A stretch of DNA of 61,595 nucleotides, filler included. It is 4 parts of 4 records of this genome, joined end to end, with 100 filler letters (N's around TTAATTAATTAA, not from the genome) between each part and the next. Parts side by side here need not be neighbours in the genome. Positions count along the whole stretch, not along the records: positions 38,610 to 50,146 come from SRR31156797_5527; positions 50,247 to 61,595 come from SRR31156797_5533; 2 more parts are not named here. One strand, written 5' to 3'. Below the pieces are notes generated by a model. The model had not been told where the DNA came from. It did no database searches and saw only the letters and a program-made list of their open reading frames with translations. Of the stretch, positions 47,088-55,194 are shown piece by piece. Positions within the stretch are counted from its first letter, which is position 1. Each line of letters begins with the position of its first letter. A program made the position numbers and the translations under genes.

Positions 47088-49817
47088 TTAGGCAAAAGAA
47101 AAATCTGCCTGTAGCATTAGAGCCGGGTCCCAGGTCCCAGGCGTTATCCTTTCAGGAAGGCCTTGAGTAATGGTATCTAACACTTTCTCTGTGGCGGTAA
47201 TCAATGCCCCGATGCGCTTGGTCTCCTTGGGTTGCTCGACCTTTTCTATGTCTGCCTGGAGAGTAGCCAAGGTGTCAGTCCACCTAATCTCAGCTTGGTC
47301 TATTAAAGGTATGACGTCCTTTATAAAGGCATCAATCCTGTCATCATTGTAAAGTTCCATGAATGTACGTTGGAGGGTTTCATGCAGTTCGGCACTCACG
47401 GATGGGAGGGCAGCGAACGAGTCATGGATGACCACTATATCCTTATGTTCAAATGGATCTGGGACCCCCTGCTCGCCATCAATGAGATTGAACCCGGCGT
47501 TGCAGAACTCATTGATCACAGTCCGCAGGTGGCAGGCGTCATAGCTATGAATGAAGTTTGCAGCCATACCGTTCTTCATACGGCCTTGAGCCATGCCTTT
47601 ATCCTTGGGTTCCTGGACCCGTGGTTTCAGGTAGGTCCCGCCCCAGTAGGTATCAATTTGTTTCATAGCCATCTGGCGGTAGCTCATGGATACACGGACC
47701 CCATCAGGCATAGTCCATATCATGGGTGTATCAGCCTTGGCACATATCTCAGCAACCTCTTGCATCCAGTCCATGAATTGGGTCCCCTTGACAATGACCT
47801 GTCGCATTCCCTTACTGATCATCCCCTTGAGGTAAGTACAGGCGTTGAACTTCTGGTCGTCAGACACCTCGATCAGCTTCTTGCCTTTGTCCTCATGCTT
47901 CTGGAGCAGTTCCAATAGCTGCTTTACATATGTACGATCCTTGGCACCGTACACAAAGGTCATGACCGCTGCTTTACAGCATTTTCTTGTGATCACTCCA
48001 TCCCAGAGTTGCGCCATTTCGTTATCAGCTTGTGCATCAGCGTGAACGAGGGGTGCGATGACCTCAGCGACCTTGCCATAGATGTCATTTGGAAGGTGAT
48101 GCGGCATAAGATTAACCTCAAAGGCGCACACTTCATCCTTGAGCATACCGCTGATGTGCTGCAGGCCACTGCAAGATCCATCCTGGGCAGACGGGATGCG
48201 GCACATGAAGTCCGGAGACTTACCGGTCTTGAGCCAGTCGGCATACTCAAAGGTCCAGGCCAGATAGGTCAACGCCTTGTCAGCCTTGAGCCAGAGCGCA
48301 TTGTCACGCCAGGGGTTTTCAGCGTCGTCCAAGATCTCCCGTTCATGCAGATCCACCCACCGTTCACGATCCTCGAAGGACAGTTTGTCCACCGCCTTGT
48401 CATTCCAGGGTCCGGCGATTCCACAATCACAGGTCTCGGCGAAACACCCGGCACCATGCCTCTTGAACCACGCTTCCGCATGCGCACTGTTGCTGATAGG
48501 AAGCTCATTCTTCAAATAAATTAGGGACTTCCCCACATCGTTAGCCTGGGGAGACACATGGTTCTGCTTGCAGTTGATCCGGCCACGCCACTCGGCTGTA
48601 TAGCAGAAGTAGATGGCATCCTCATCCTTGAACCGGTTGGCGATCTCAATTTGCTTGAAAAAGCCGGACCTCTTGCTAACATTTTTGGCCCATGCTTCGT
48701 GCCTCAACATGTATGGTCTTTGAACTTTCTTATAGGCATCAAGGTTATTCTTCTTGAGATCCTCCATCTCTTCATCACTGGACCACGGGCGTACCGGGGC
48801 GTCCTCGAACAGTTTGGCTTTATCCAAAGGCACAACCCCTGCGATCCCGCCTTCGCGGTCCCGGATCTCTTTGATGATCTCCAGCATACGCTTGTTAATA
48901 CGCCAGGGGACTGCCTGCAGTTTGTTCACGGCGGTTTTGATAGGTTCCAGGTCACTAAGCTTGGGATCAGACTTATGGCTCTCCTTATTGGGACCCACCA
49001 GGTTATACCTCGTGCCTACATGCTGGCCCAGGTGCCCACCGTCGGACTCATTGGTCCAGTCCAGGGGTGGCATGACCATTGGCATATGCATGGGTTGACG
49101 AATCTCATGGTACTCATGGGCATTGTCCAGTTTAGCGACTATCTCAGGGTAGGGGACCCACATCTTGGTGGGCTTGTGCTTCTTATTGGTTTTAGCACTG
49201 TTGTAGATGTCCTCAACGTAGCCTACATGAGCGTTGCTACATAGGGTTGTCAGTAAGACCATACCCATCTTGATCCGGTCAGCCTCGGACCAGCGTTCAA
49301 ATGCTGTTTCTGGGCTGGTGTTCGCCCGGTTCTTGATGACGATCCGCTTCTGGCTATCACTCTTCATACGGACAAAGTTCTTCACATTGTTGAAGTACTG
49401 TGGATTCTTAACCTTGAAGTTAATGTACCCGACGTGATCATTGACAGCGGTCCCAATGGCTTTACAGACAGCGGTCAGGGGGATACCATTCTCATGGATG
49501 ATATTGAACACCGTCCTCAATGTAACAAAGGCGACCTCCATAGGGCTAATATCCTTGAGATACTTCCTTGCAATAATATCTCTCCTGCAACTCTTGGCAC
49601 CGGTACGTTTGAGGATAGCTATTAAGCCATCAGATTTGCCTTTACCTCTAAGGAAGGGGTTCATATAAGATCTGATTGCTGCGGCCTCTGATGCCATCGT
49701 TTCGACGCCTCCTTTGGTCCGTGCATTTTGCAGTGCTTTACGGTAGGACGCGATGCCAATCTCAACTGATTCCATTTCGAGTGCGAGCTGACGATTGATC
49801 ATATCTTGAGTGATCAT
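47088..49817 (-). CDS. Single-subunit T7/T3-like DNA-directed RNA polymerase
   Basis: PMVMPPLDW, WRINK, WRGR, DGSCSGLQH (motif A), RKCCKAAVMTFVYG (motif B), NFIHSYDACH, IHDSF (motif C), C-terminal DFSFA; AAGGAG RBS. Confidence 0.97.
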   Translation of the reverse strand: MITQDMINRQLALEMESVEIGIASYRKALQNARTKGGVETMASEAAAIRSYMNPFLRGKGKSDGLIAILKRTGAKSCRRDIIARKYLKDISPMEVAFVTLRTVFNIIHENGIPLTAVCKAIGTAVNDHVGYINFKVKNPQYFNNVKNFVRMKSDSQKRIVIKNRANTSPETAFERWSEADRIKMGMVLLTTLCSNAHVGYVEDIYNSAKTNKKHKPTKMWVPYPEIVAKLDNAHEYHEIRQPMHMPMVMPPLDWTNESDGGHLGQHVGTRYNLVGPNKESHKSDPKLSDLEPIKTAVNKLQAVPWRINKRMLEIIKEIRDREGGIAGVVPLDKAKLFEDAPVRPWSSDEEMEDLKKNNLDAYKKVQRPYMLRHEAWAKNVSKRSGFFKQIEIANRFKDEDAIYFCYTAEWRGRINCKQNHVSPQANDVGKSLIYLKNELPISNSAHAEAWFKRHGAGCFAETCDCGIAGPWNDKAVDKLSFEDRERWVDLHEREILDDAENPWRDNALWLKADKALTYLAWTFEYADWLKTGKSPDFMCRIPSAQDGSCSGLQHISGMLKDEVCAFEVNLMPHHLPNDIYGKVAEVIAPLVHADAQADNEMAQLWDGVITRKCCKAAVMTFVYGAKDRTYVKQLLELLQKHEDKGKKLIEVSDDQKFNACTYLKGMISKGMRQVIVKGTQFMDWMQEVAEICAKADTPMIWTMPDGVRVSMSYRQMAMKQIDTYWGGTYLKPRVQEPKDKGMAQGRMKNGMAANFIHSYDACHLRTVINEFCNAGFNLIDGEQGVPDPFEHKDIVVIHDSFAALPSVSAELHETLQRTFMELYNDDRIDAFIKDVIPLIDQAEIRWTDTLATLQADIEKVEQPKETKRIGALITATEKVLDTITQGLPERITPGTWDPALMLQADFSFA

Positions 49818-49874
49818 AGACGTGAATCTCCTTATGATGTCTGGACAAACTAATAGGTGGTATGAAGGGGGATT

Positions 49875-49943
49875 GATCTTTGAGTTAGATCATGGGATTA
49901 GGTGGAGCTTAGGGATGGATCTTTAGGTTGGATCTTAGGGTGA
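49875..49943. repeat. Five degenerate 13-bp repeats headed by GATC/GAGC in the RNAP leader
   Basis: gatctttgagtta, gatcatgggatta(ggtg), gagcttagggatg, gatctttaggttg, gatcttagggtga. Confidence 0.65.
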
Positions 49944-49946
49944 TAA

Positions 49947-49987
49947 TCGTTGGGTTCTTCAAAGTGAGGGAGTTATAGTCAGCATGA
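49947..49987 (-). promoter_or_regulatory. Putative phage-RNAP promoter directly upstream of the RNAP gene
   Basis: TCATGCTGACTATAACTCCCTCACTTTGAAGAACCCAACGA; repeat of 46945-46985. Confidence 0.75.
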
Positions 49988-50060
49988 AAATAAATAGGTC
50001 GGTGGGCCGTGCTGACCCTCTTTGAGTCAGCAAATGGGGTGTGGAACAGAGCGTGAAACG

Positions 50061-50095
50061 AAAAAAGGGACCCTTGGGTTTAACCAAGAGTCCCT
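50061..50095 (-). terminator. Intrinsic terminator downstream of the tRNA
   Basis: Minus strand agggactcttgg ttaaac ccaagggtccct ttttt. Confidence 0.8.
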
Positions 50096-50118
50096 ATTAA
50101 TTCAGTAGCTTATGTTAA

Positions 50119-50146
50119 TGGCGCGCCCGGCGCGATTCGAACACGC
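50119..50146 (-). tRNA. 3' part of a tRNA (probably tRNA-Arg); candidate att core
   Basis: GCGTGTTCGAATCGCGCCGGGCGCGCCA: T-loop, acceptor strand and encoded CCA. Isotype inferred from the acceptor stem only. Confidence 0.8.
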
Positions 50147-50246
50147 NNNNNNNNNNNNNNNNNNNNNNNNNNNNNNNNNNNNNNNNNNNNTTAATTAATT
50201 AANNNNNNNNNNNNNNNNNNNNNNNNNNNNNNNNNNNNNNNNNNNN
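50147..50246. other. Artificial contig-joining linker
   Basis: N-run, TTAATTAATTAA, N-run. Confidence 0.98.
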
Positions 50247-50275
50247 AGCGCGTCTACCAATTCCGCCACCTGGGC
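50247..50275 (-). tRNA. 5' part of a tRNA, probably tRNA-Leu (truncated)
   Basis: GCCCAGGTGGCGGAATTGGTAGACGCGCT; TACATTTG -7 promoter element at 50302-50295. Confidence 0.8.
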
Positions 50276-50418
50276 ATTGCTTTTGAATGCGATGCAAATG
50301 TAGATAAATGTTTCATTCTCGCAAAACAAAATCTACATTTTTTTCAAAAAAAATTAAAAGGTAAAAATCAGTGCAAATGCCCATGATTGCTAGATACACT
50401 GACTTTCACTTTATTAGT

Positions 50419-51957
50419 TTATTTTGGCATTGTATATTCTAGTCCAGCTCCCGGTCCTAATGGCAAGCCTAACAATATCCATCCCATCAATAATATTACC
50501 CAAACCACAAAGAAAGCCACCGAATACGGCAACATGGTTGCGATAATGGTTCCTATTCCCGATTTCTTATCGTATTTCTGAACGTAAGCAATAATTAGCG
50601 CAAAGAAACTCATCATTGGAGAAATTACATTGGTTACAGAATCACCAATGCGATATACTACCTGTGATAATTCTGGAGAATATCCCATCAGCATAAACAT
50701 AGGAATGAAAATTGGAGCCATAATTGCCCACTTAGCCGAAGCCGAGCCCATGAGCATATTGATTAGAGCCGATAAGAGAACGAAAAGTATCATTAAAGGA
50801 ATCATCCCTATATCCGCAGCCATAAGTGCTCCTGCTCCTTTAATAGCCATAATTACCCCTAAGTTAGACCATTTAAAATAGGCTACAAATTGAGCTGCAA
50901 AAAAGACAAGTACATAATATCCGGCAAGGGTTTCCATCGATTTTCCCATTCCCTTCATGATATCGGCATCCGATTTGAAAACTTTAGCTCCAAATCCGTA
51001 AGCAATACCACATCCTCCTGCTCCAAGAAACAATAGTGCTACAACACCTTTAATCAACGGAGAAGTTAAAAAACCACCATCAGATCCACGGAAAAATCCA
51101 TTTTCTGGAAGTAAACCCCAAATAGTAATAGCGGTTAGGAAAAGAACAACATATAGTGCCCAACGCAATCCTCGTCGCTCTAAATCGTTCAAATCATGAA
51201 TTTCTTCCTTATGATCGGCGGCATCTTTATATACTCCCAGGCGAGGTTCTATGACTTTTTCGGTTACTAGTGTACCTACCGTTGCAATTACAAAAGTTGA
51301 AACCACCATAAAATAATAGTTAGCCGTAGGGTTAACAACTACCGTTGGATCAACAATTCGAGCAGCTTCCTGCGAAAGCCCAGCTAATAAAGGATCGATT
51401 GTTCCCAAAATTAGGTTTGCCGAAAATCCCCCGGAAACACCAGCAAAAGCCGCAGCCATACCCGCAATAGGATGACGATCGACAGCAACGAATATTATCC
51501 CGGCAAGTGGAATCAGAAGTACGTAGCCTACATCCGATGCTGTATTTGAAAGAATACCAGCCAAAACCAGAACGAACGTCAACATTTTTTTAGGTGCCGA
51601 TAATACCAATTTGCGAATTAATGTTCCGATTAATCCACTACTTTCCGCAATTCCAATACCCAGCATGGCTACCATTACAATTCCCAATGGCGCGAAACCA
51701 GTAAAATTATCTACCATCTCGATAAGTATGCGATGTAGTCCTTCTATTGATAAAAGATTAACTACTTCAATAGTCTCTTTAGTTCCTGGATGAATTGCCT
51801 GCCACCCAAAAAGGGAAGCTAGTCCAGATAATAGAATTGCCAGTATGGCAAAAATTGCAAATAATGTTGCAGGATGCGGAAGCGCATTCCCAAATTTCTC
51901 AGTTACATTTAAAAAACGATCTGTCCAGCTTCGTTTTTTCTTTAAAGTGTTTTGCAT
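50419..51957 (-). CDS. AbgT family transporter (YdaH/MtrF-like)
   Basis: [41 protein letters not shown]. Confidence 0.93.
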   Translation of the reverse strand: MQNTLKKKRSWTDRFLNVTEKFGNALPHPATLFAIFAILAILLSGLASLFGWQAIHPGTKETIEVVNLLSIEGLHRILIEMVDNFTGFAPLGIVMVAMLGIGIAESSGLIGTLIRKLVLSAPKKMLTFVLVLAGILSNTASDVGYVLLIPLAGIIFVAVDRHPIAGMAAAFAGVSGGFSANLILGTIDPLLAGLSQEAARIVDPTVVVNPTANYYFMVVSTFVIATVGTLVTEKVIEPRLGVYKDAADHKEEIHDLNDLERRGLRWALYVVLFLTAITIWGLLPENGFFRGSDGGFLTSPLIKGVVALLFLGAGGCGIAYGFGAKVFKSDADIMKGMGKSMETLAGYYVLVFFAAQFVAYFKWSNLGVIMAIKGAGALMAADIGMIPLMILFVLLSALINMLMGSASAKWAIMAPIFIPMFMLMGYSPELSQVVYRIGDSVTNVISPMMSFFALIIAYVQKYDKKSGIGTIIATMLPYSVAFFVVWVILLMGWILLGLPLGPGAGLEYTMPK

Positions 51958-52236
51958 GTTAGTTAGTTGGTTAAGTTTTTCAATCGGAAAACCAATTGAA
52001 CCACAAAAAAAGGTAAAATCAAGAGATACTGCAAATAAGAATCAAGTTTGAAATTTTATGCTAACAATGGTTTTAGTAGCTTAAGCAAAAGGAACAAAAT
52101 AATTTCTTGAACTTCTGAGTTTAATCAGATAAGGATTCTCTATATTAGTATAAAGATTATTGATTTGTAATAAAGCATTTCCCCTGCTAAATTTGAGTAA
52201 ATATCAAAAACAAAACATAAACTAAACTTTTCTAAT

Positions 52237-53232
52237 ATGCCTAACTTAACAACTAACTATTTAGGATTGGATTTAAAAAATCCTATCATCGTAGCAAGCT
52301 CTGGATTAACCGATACTGTAGAAAAATTAATAGAATTAGAAGCAAACGGTGCAGGAGCCATTGTTCTTAAGTCTCTTTTCGAAGAAGAAATTGTAATGGA
52401 AATGGAAGAGCAAATGCATGCCATGACCAACCGTCCGTACATTTATCCTGAGACTTTCGACTATATGGAGGAAGAGCCTCATGAGGATATTTTGAGGAAA
52501 TATTTAAGATTGATTGAAGAAGCCAAAGCTGCTGTTTCGATTCCTATAATTGCTAGTATTAACTGTGTTAGCGCACAAAAATGGACTTACTTTTCTCGTG
52601 AAATTGAAAAAGCAGGTGCTGATGCTCTAGAGGTAAACTTATTTGTATTACCAACCGATATGAACAGAAGCGGTGAAGAAAACGAACAGATTTATTTCGA
52701 TGTATTAAAAACAGTAAAAGAACAAGTTGCCATTCCTGTTGCTTTAAAAATTAGTCCTTACCATTCCAATTTGGCGAATGTTATCAAGAAATTGGACAAT
52801 ATGGATGCGGATGGAGTTGTAATGTTCAACCGTTTTTACAGTCCTGATATTGACATTAATAATCTTAGTATTACCAGTGGACAAGTACTATCACATTCCG
52901 ATGATTACAAAAATTCATTACGTTGGATTGGAATTATGTCGGATCGTGTAAAATGTTCAATGGCGGCAACTACAGGTATTCATACTTCTGAAAGTATCAT
53001 TAAGCAAATTCTGGCTGGTGCAGATGCTGTTCAATTGGCATCCATTCTTTATAAAAACGGACCAGAATATATCGATATCCTAACAAAAGAAATTTATTCA
53101 TGGATGGAAGATCAGGGATTTGAAAACATTCGTGATTTTAAAGGCAAAATGTGCCAATCAAAATCAAATGAGCCTGCGGCTTACGAGCGTGTTCAGTTCA
53201 TGAAGAATTTCAGAAATTTCGTAATGCATTAA
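52237..53232 (+). CDS. Dihydroorotate dehydrogenase-like flavoprotein
   Basis: YLGLDLKNPIIVASS, VLKSLFEE, KISPY, FNRFY, ILAGADAVQ, AYERVQFMK. Confidence 0.85.
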   Translation: MPNLTTNYLGLDLKNPIIVASSGLTDTVEKLIELEANGAGAIVLKSLFEEEIVMEMEEQMHAMTNRPYIYPETFDYMEEEPHEDILRKYLRLIEEAKAAVSIPIIASINCVSAQKWTYFSREIEKAGADALEVNLFVLPTDMNRSGEENEQIYFDVLKTVKEQVAIPVALKISPYHSNLANVIKKLDNMDADGVVMFNRFYSPDIDINNLSITSGQVLSHSDDYKNSLRWIGIMSDRVKCSMAATTGIHTSESIIKQILAGADAVQLASILYKNGPEYIDILTKEIYSWMEDQGFENIRDFKGKMCQSKSNEPAAYERVQFMKNFRNFVMH

Positions 53233-53270
53233 AAAGAACCTTTTGTTTTATAAAAAATAAATATCCTTTC

Positions 53271-53303
53271 AGCCCGAGTCAAGTAATTGATTCGGGCTTT
53301 TTT
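53271..53303 (+). terminator. Intrinsic terminator
   Basis: agcccgagtcaa gtaa ttgattcgggct ttttt. Confidence 0.8.
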
Positions 53304-53412
53304 ATATTCTTAAACCGTTAAACTGATAAAAATCATTACTATTTAGATTTAGTTTTATTAAATTGTATACTTCTATAGTTTAAGCATAAATACAGTAAAA
53401 ATTCATAATCAC

Positions 53413-54972
53413 ATGGAAACGACAACTACACAAAAAATCATGAAAAATTTTGATGTACAGGATACACTACAACGATTGGGCATAAAAGAATTAAATGCCG
53501 GAGTCTCAACAGGAACTGAATGGTTCGACTGCAAAGGTGCTGTTACCGAATCCTTCTCTCCTATTGATGGATCTTTAATTGCGAAAGTTCAAAATGCAGA
53601 TGGAGATGATTATGAAAAAGTACTTGTAAAAGCGCAAGAAGCATTTAAAGTATGGCGTAAAATGCCAGCCCCAAAACGAGGTGAAATTGTTCGTCAAATT
53701 GGAAATGCCTTACGCGACGCTAAAGATGATTTGGGTAGATTGGTTACTTTGGAAATGGGTAAAATCTATCAGGAAGGCTTAGGTGAAGTTCAAGAAATGA
53801 TAGACATTTGCGACTTTGCTGTAGGACAATCGAGAATGCTTTATGGATTTACAATGCACTCGGAACGACCAGATCACAAAATGATGGATCAATATCATCC
53901 GTTAGGGATTACTGGTGTTATTTCTGCTTTTAACTTCCCAGTTGCAGTTTGGGCATGGAATGCAATGATAGCCGCTGTTTGTGGTGATGTTGTAATCTGG
54001 AAACCTAGCTCTAAAGTTCCTCTTTGTGCAATCGCATGTCACAATATCATTCAAAAAGTATTAAAAGATAATGATGTTCCTGAAGGTGTTTTCAATTTGG
54101 TTGTTGCTAAATCATCAGTAATGGGTGATAACTTTATTGAAGACAAACGTGTTCCACTAATATCAGTAACCGGATCAACAGCTATTGGAAAACGTGTGGC
54201 TGAAAAAGTTGGTGCTCGTTTGGGAAGAACCATTGCTGAATTGGGTGGAAACAATGCAATTATTGTTGCTCCAACTGCTGATTTGGATCTGGCAATTCCA
54301 GGGATTGTTTTCGGTTCGGTAGGTACTGCAGGACAAAGATGTACTTCTACTCGTCGACTAATCATTCACGAAAGTATTTACGATGATGTAAAAGGTCGAT
54401 TGCTGAATGCATACAAACAAGTTGAAGGAAAAATTGGTAATCCACTTGATGAAAATACTTTGGTTGGACCGGTAATTGATGAAGGTGCTGTTGAAGTTTA
54501 TAAAACTGCCATTGCCGAGGTAAAAAAAGCAGGTGGTAAAATTGTATTTGGTGATAAGGTTATTGAAGGCAATTTCGTACTTCCAACTTTCTGCGAGGTA
54601 GAAAACCACTGGCAAATTGTTCAGGATGAATCTTTTGTTCCGGTATTGTACATCATGAAATACAAAACTTTGGAAGAAGCAATTGAATTGCACAATGATG
54701 TTCCTCAAGGATTATCATCCTCAATCTTTACCATGAACATGCGCGAAGCTCAAACTTTTATTTCTGCAGTTGGTAGCGATTGCGGAATAGCAAATGTTAA
54801 TATTGGAACTTCAGGTGCCGAAATTGGTGGTGCATTTGGTGGTGAAAAAGAGACTGGTGGCGGACGCGAATCAGGTTCAGACTCTTGGAAAACATACATG
54901 AGAAGACAGACAAACACCTTAAACTATGGTAATGATTTGCCATTAGCACAAGGAATCAAATTTGACTTATAA
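53413..54972 (+). CDS. ALDH7/antiquitin-type aldehyde dehydrogenase (aminoadipate-semialdehyde/P6C dehydrogenase-like)
   Basis: [58 protein letters not shown]. Confidence 0.92.
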   Translation: METTTTQKIMKNFDVQDTLQRLGIKELNAGVSTGTEWFDCKGAVTESFSPIDGSLIAKVQNADGDDYEKVLVKAQEAFKVWRKMPAPKRGEIVRQIGNALRDAKDDLGRLVTLEMGKIYQEGLGEVQEMIDICDFAVGQSRMLYGFTMHSERPDHKMMDQYHPLGITGVISAFNFPVAVWAWNAMIAAVCGDVVIWKPSSKVPLCAIACHNIIQKVLKDNDVPEGVFNLVVAKSSVMGDNFIEDKRVPLISVTGSTAIGKRVAEKVGARLGRTIAELGGNNAIIVAPTADLDLAIPGIVFGSVGTAGQRCTSTRRLIIHESIYDDVKGRLLNAYKQVEGKIGNPLDENTLVGPVIDEGAVEVYKTAIAEVKKAGGKIVFGDKVIEGNFVLPTFCEVENHWQIVQDESFVPVLYIMKYKTLEEAIELHNDVPQGLSSSIFTMNMREAQTFISAVGSDCGIANVNIGTSGAEIGGAFGGEKETGGGRESGSDSWKTYMRRQTNTLNYGNDLPLAQGIKFDL

Positions 54973-55000
54973 ACGATAACATTCAAATTTTAATAATGTA

Positions 55001-55029
55001 AGGCCTCCGCTAATGCGGGGGCTTTTTTT
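55001..55029 (+). terminator. Intrinsic terminator
   Basis: gcctccgc taat gcgggggc ttttttt. Confidence 0.8.
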
Positions 55030-55194
55030 ATTTAATTCTTCCAAATTTATAGCGTAATTCGAGCTTCTCACCTATCAAAATCACTAATTCACACATTAAT
55101 GCAATATCATTCACAAAAGCCTTTCACATAATTTTTTAAAGCCTTCATAAATTCTTATTTTTGATGCAACACTATACCATCCAATCTGTTTACT

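Larger units (their letters stand above)
39331..50146 (-). mobile_element. T7-like (Autographiviridae-type) phage/prophage transcription-replication module abutting a tRNA 3' end
   Basis: Co-directional RNAP, SSB, endonuclease I, primase-helicase and DNA polymerase A in T7 order with strong RBSs; tRNA fragment at the right end. Confidence 0.9.

Noticed and set aside
47170-49668. Many plus-strand ORFs opposite the RNAP gene (up to 228 aa)
   Set aside because: Antisense shadows with no recognisable motifs.
27966-50146. Assigning the phage to the Desulfobacterota-like organism of segment B
   Set aside because: Adjacency is artificial; roughly similar GC content is not enough to assign a host.
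38481-50275. tRNA-Leu halves at 38481-38509 and 50247-50275 as attL/attR flanking the phage
   Set aside because: Both are 5' halves, differ in sequence, and lie on other contigs across artificial linkers.
50296-50340. 10-bp inverted repeat around the tRNA-Leu promoter as an invertible promoter
   Set aside because: The repeat overlaps the -7 element itself, encloses only 25 bp, and no recombinase is nearby.
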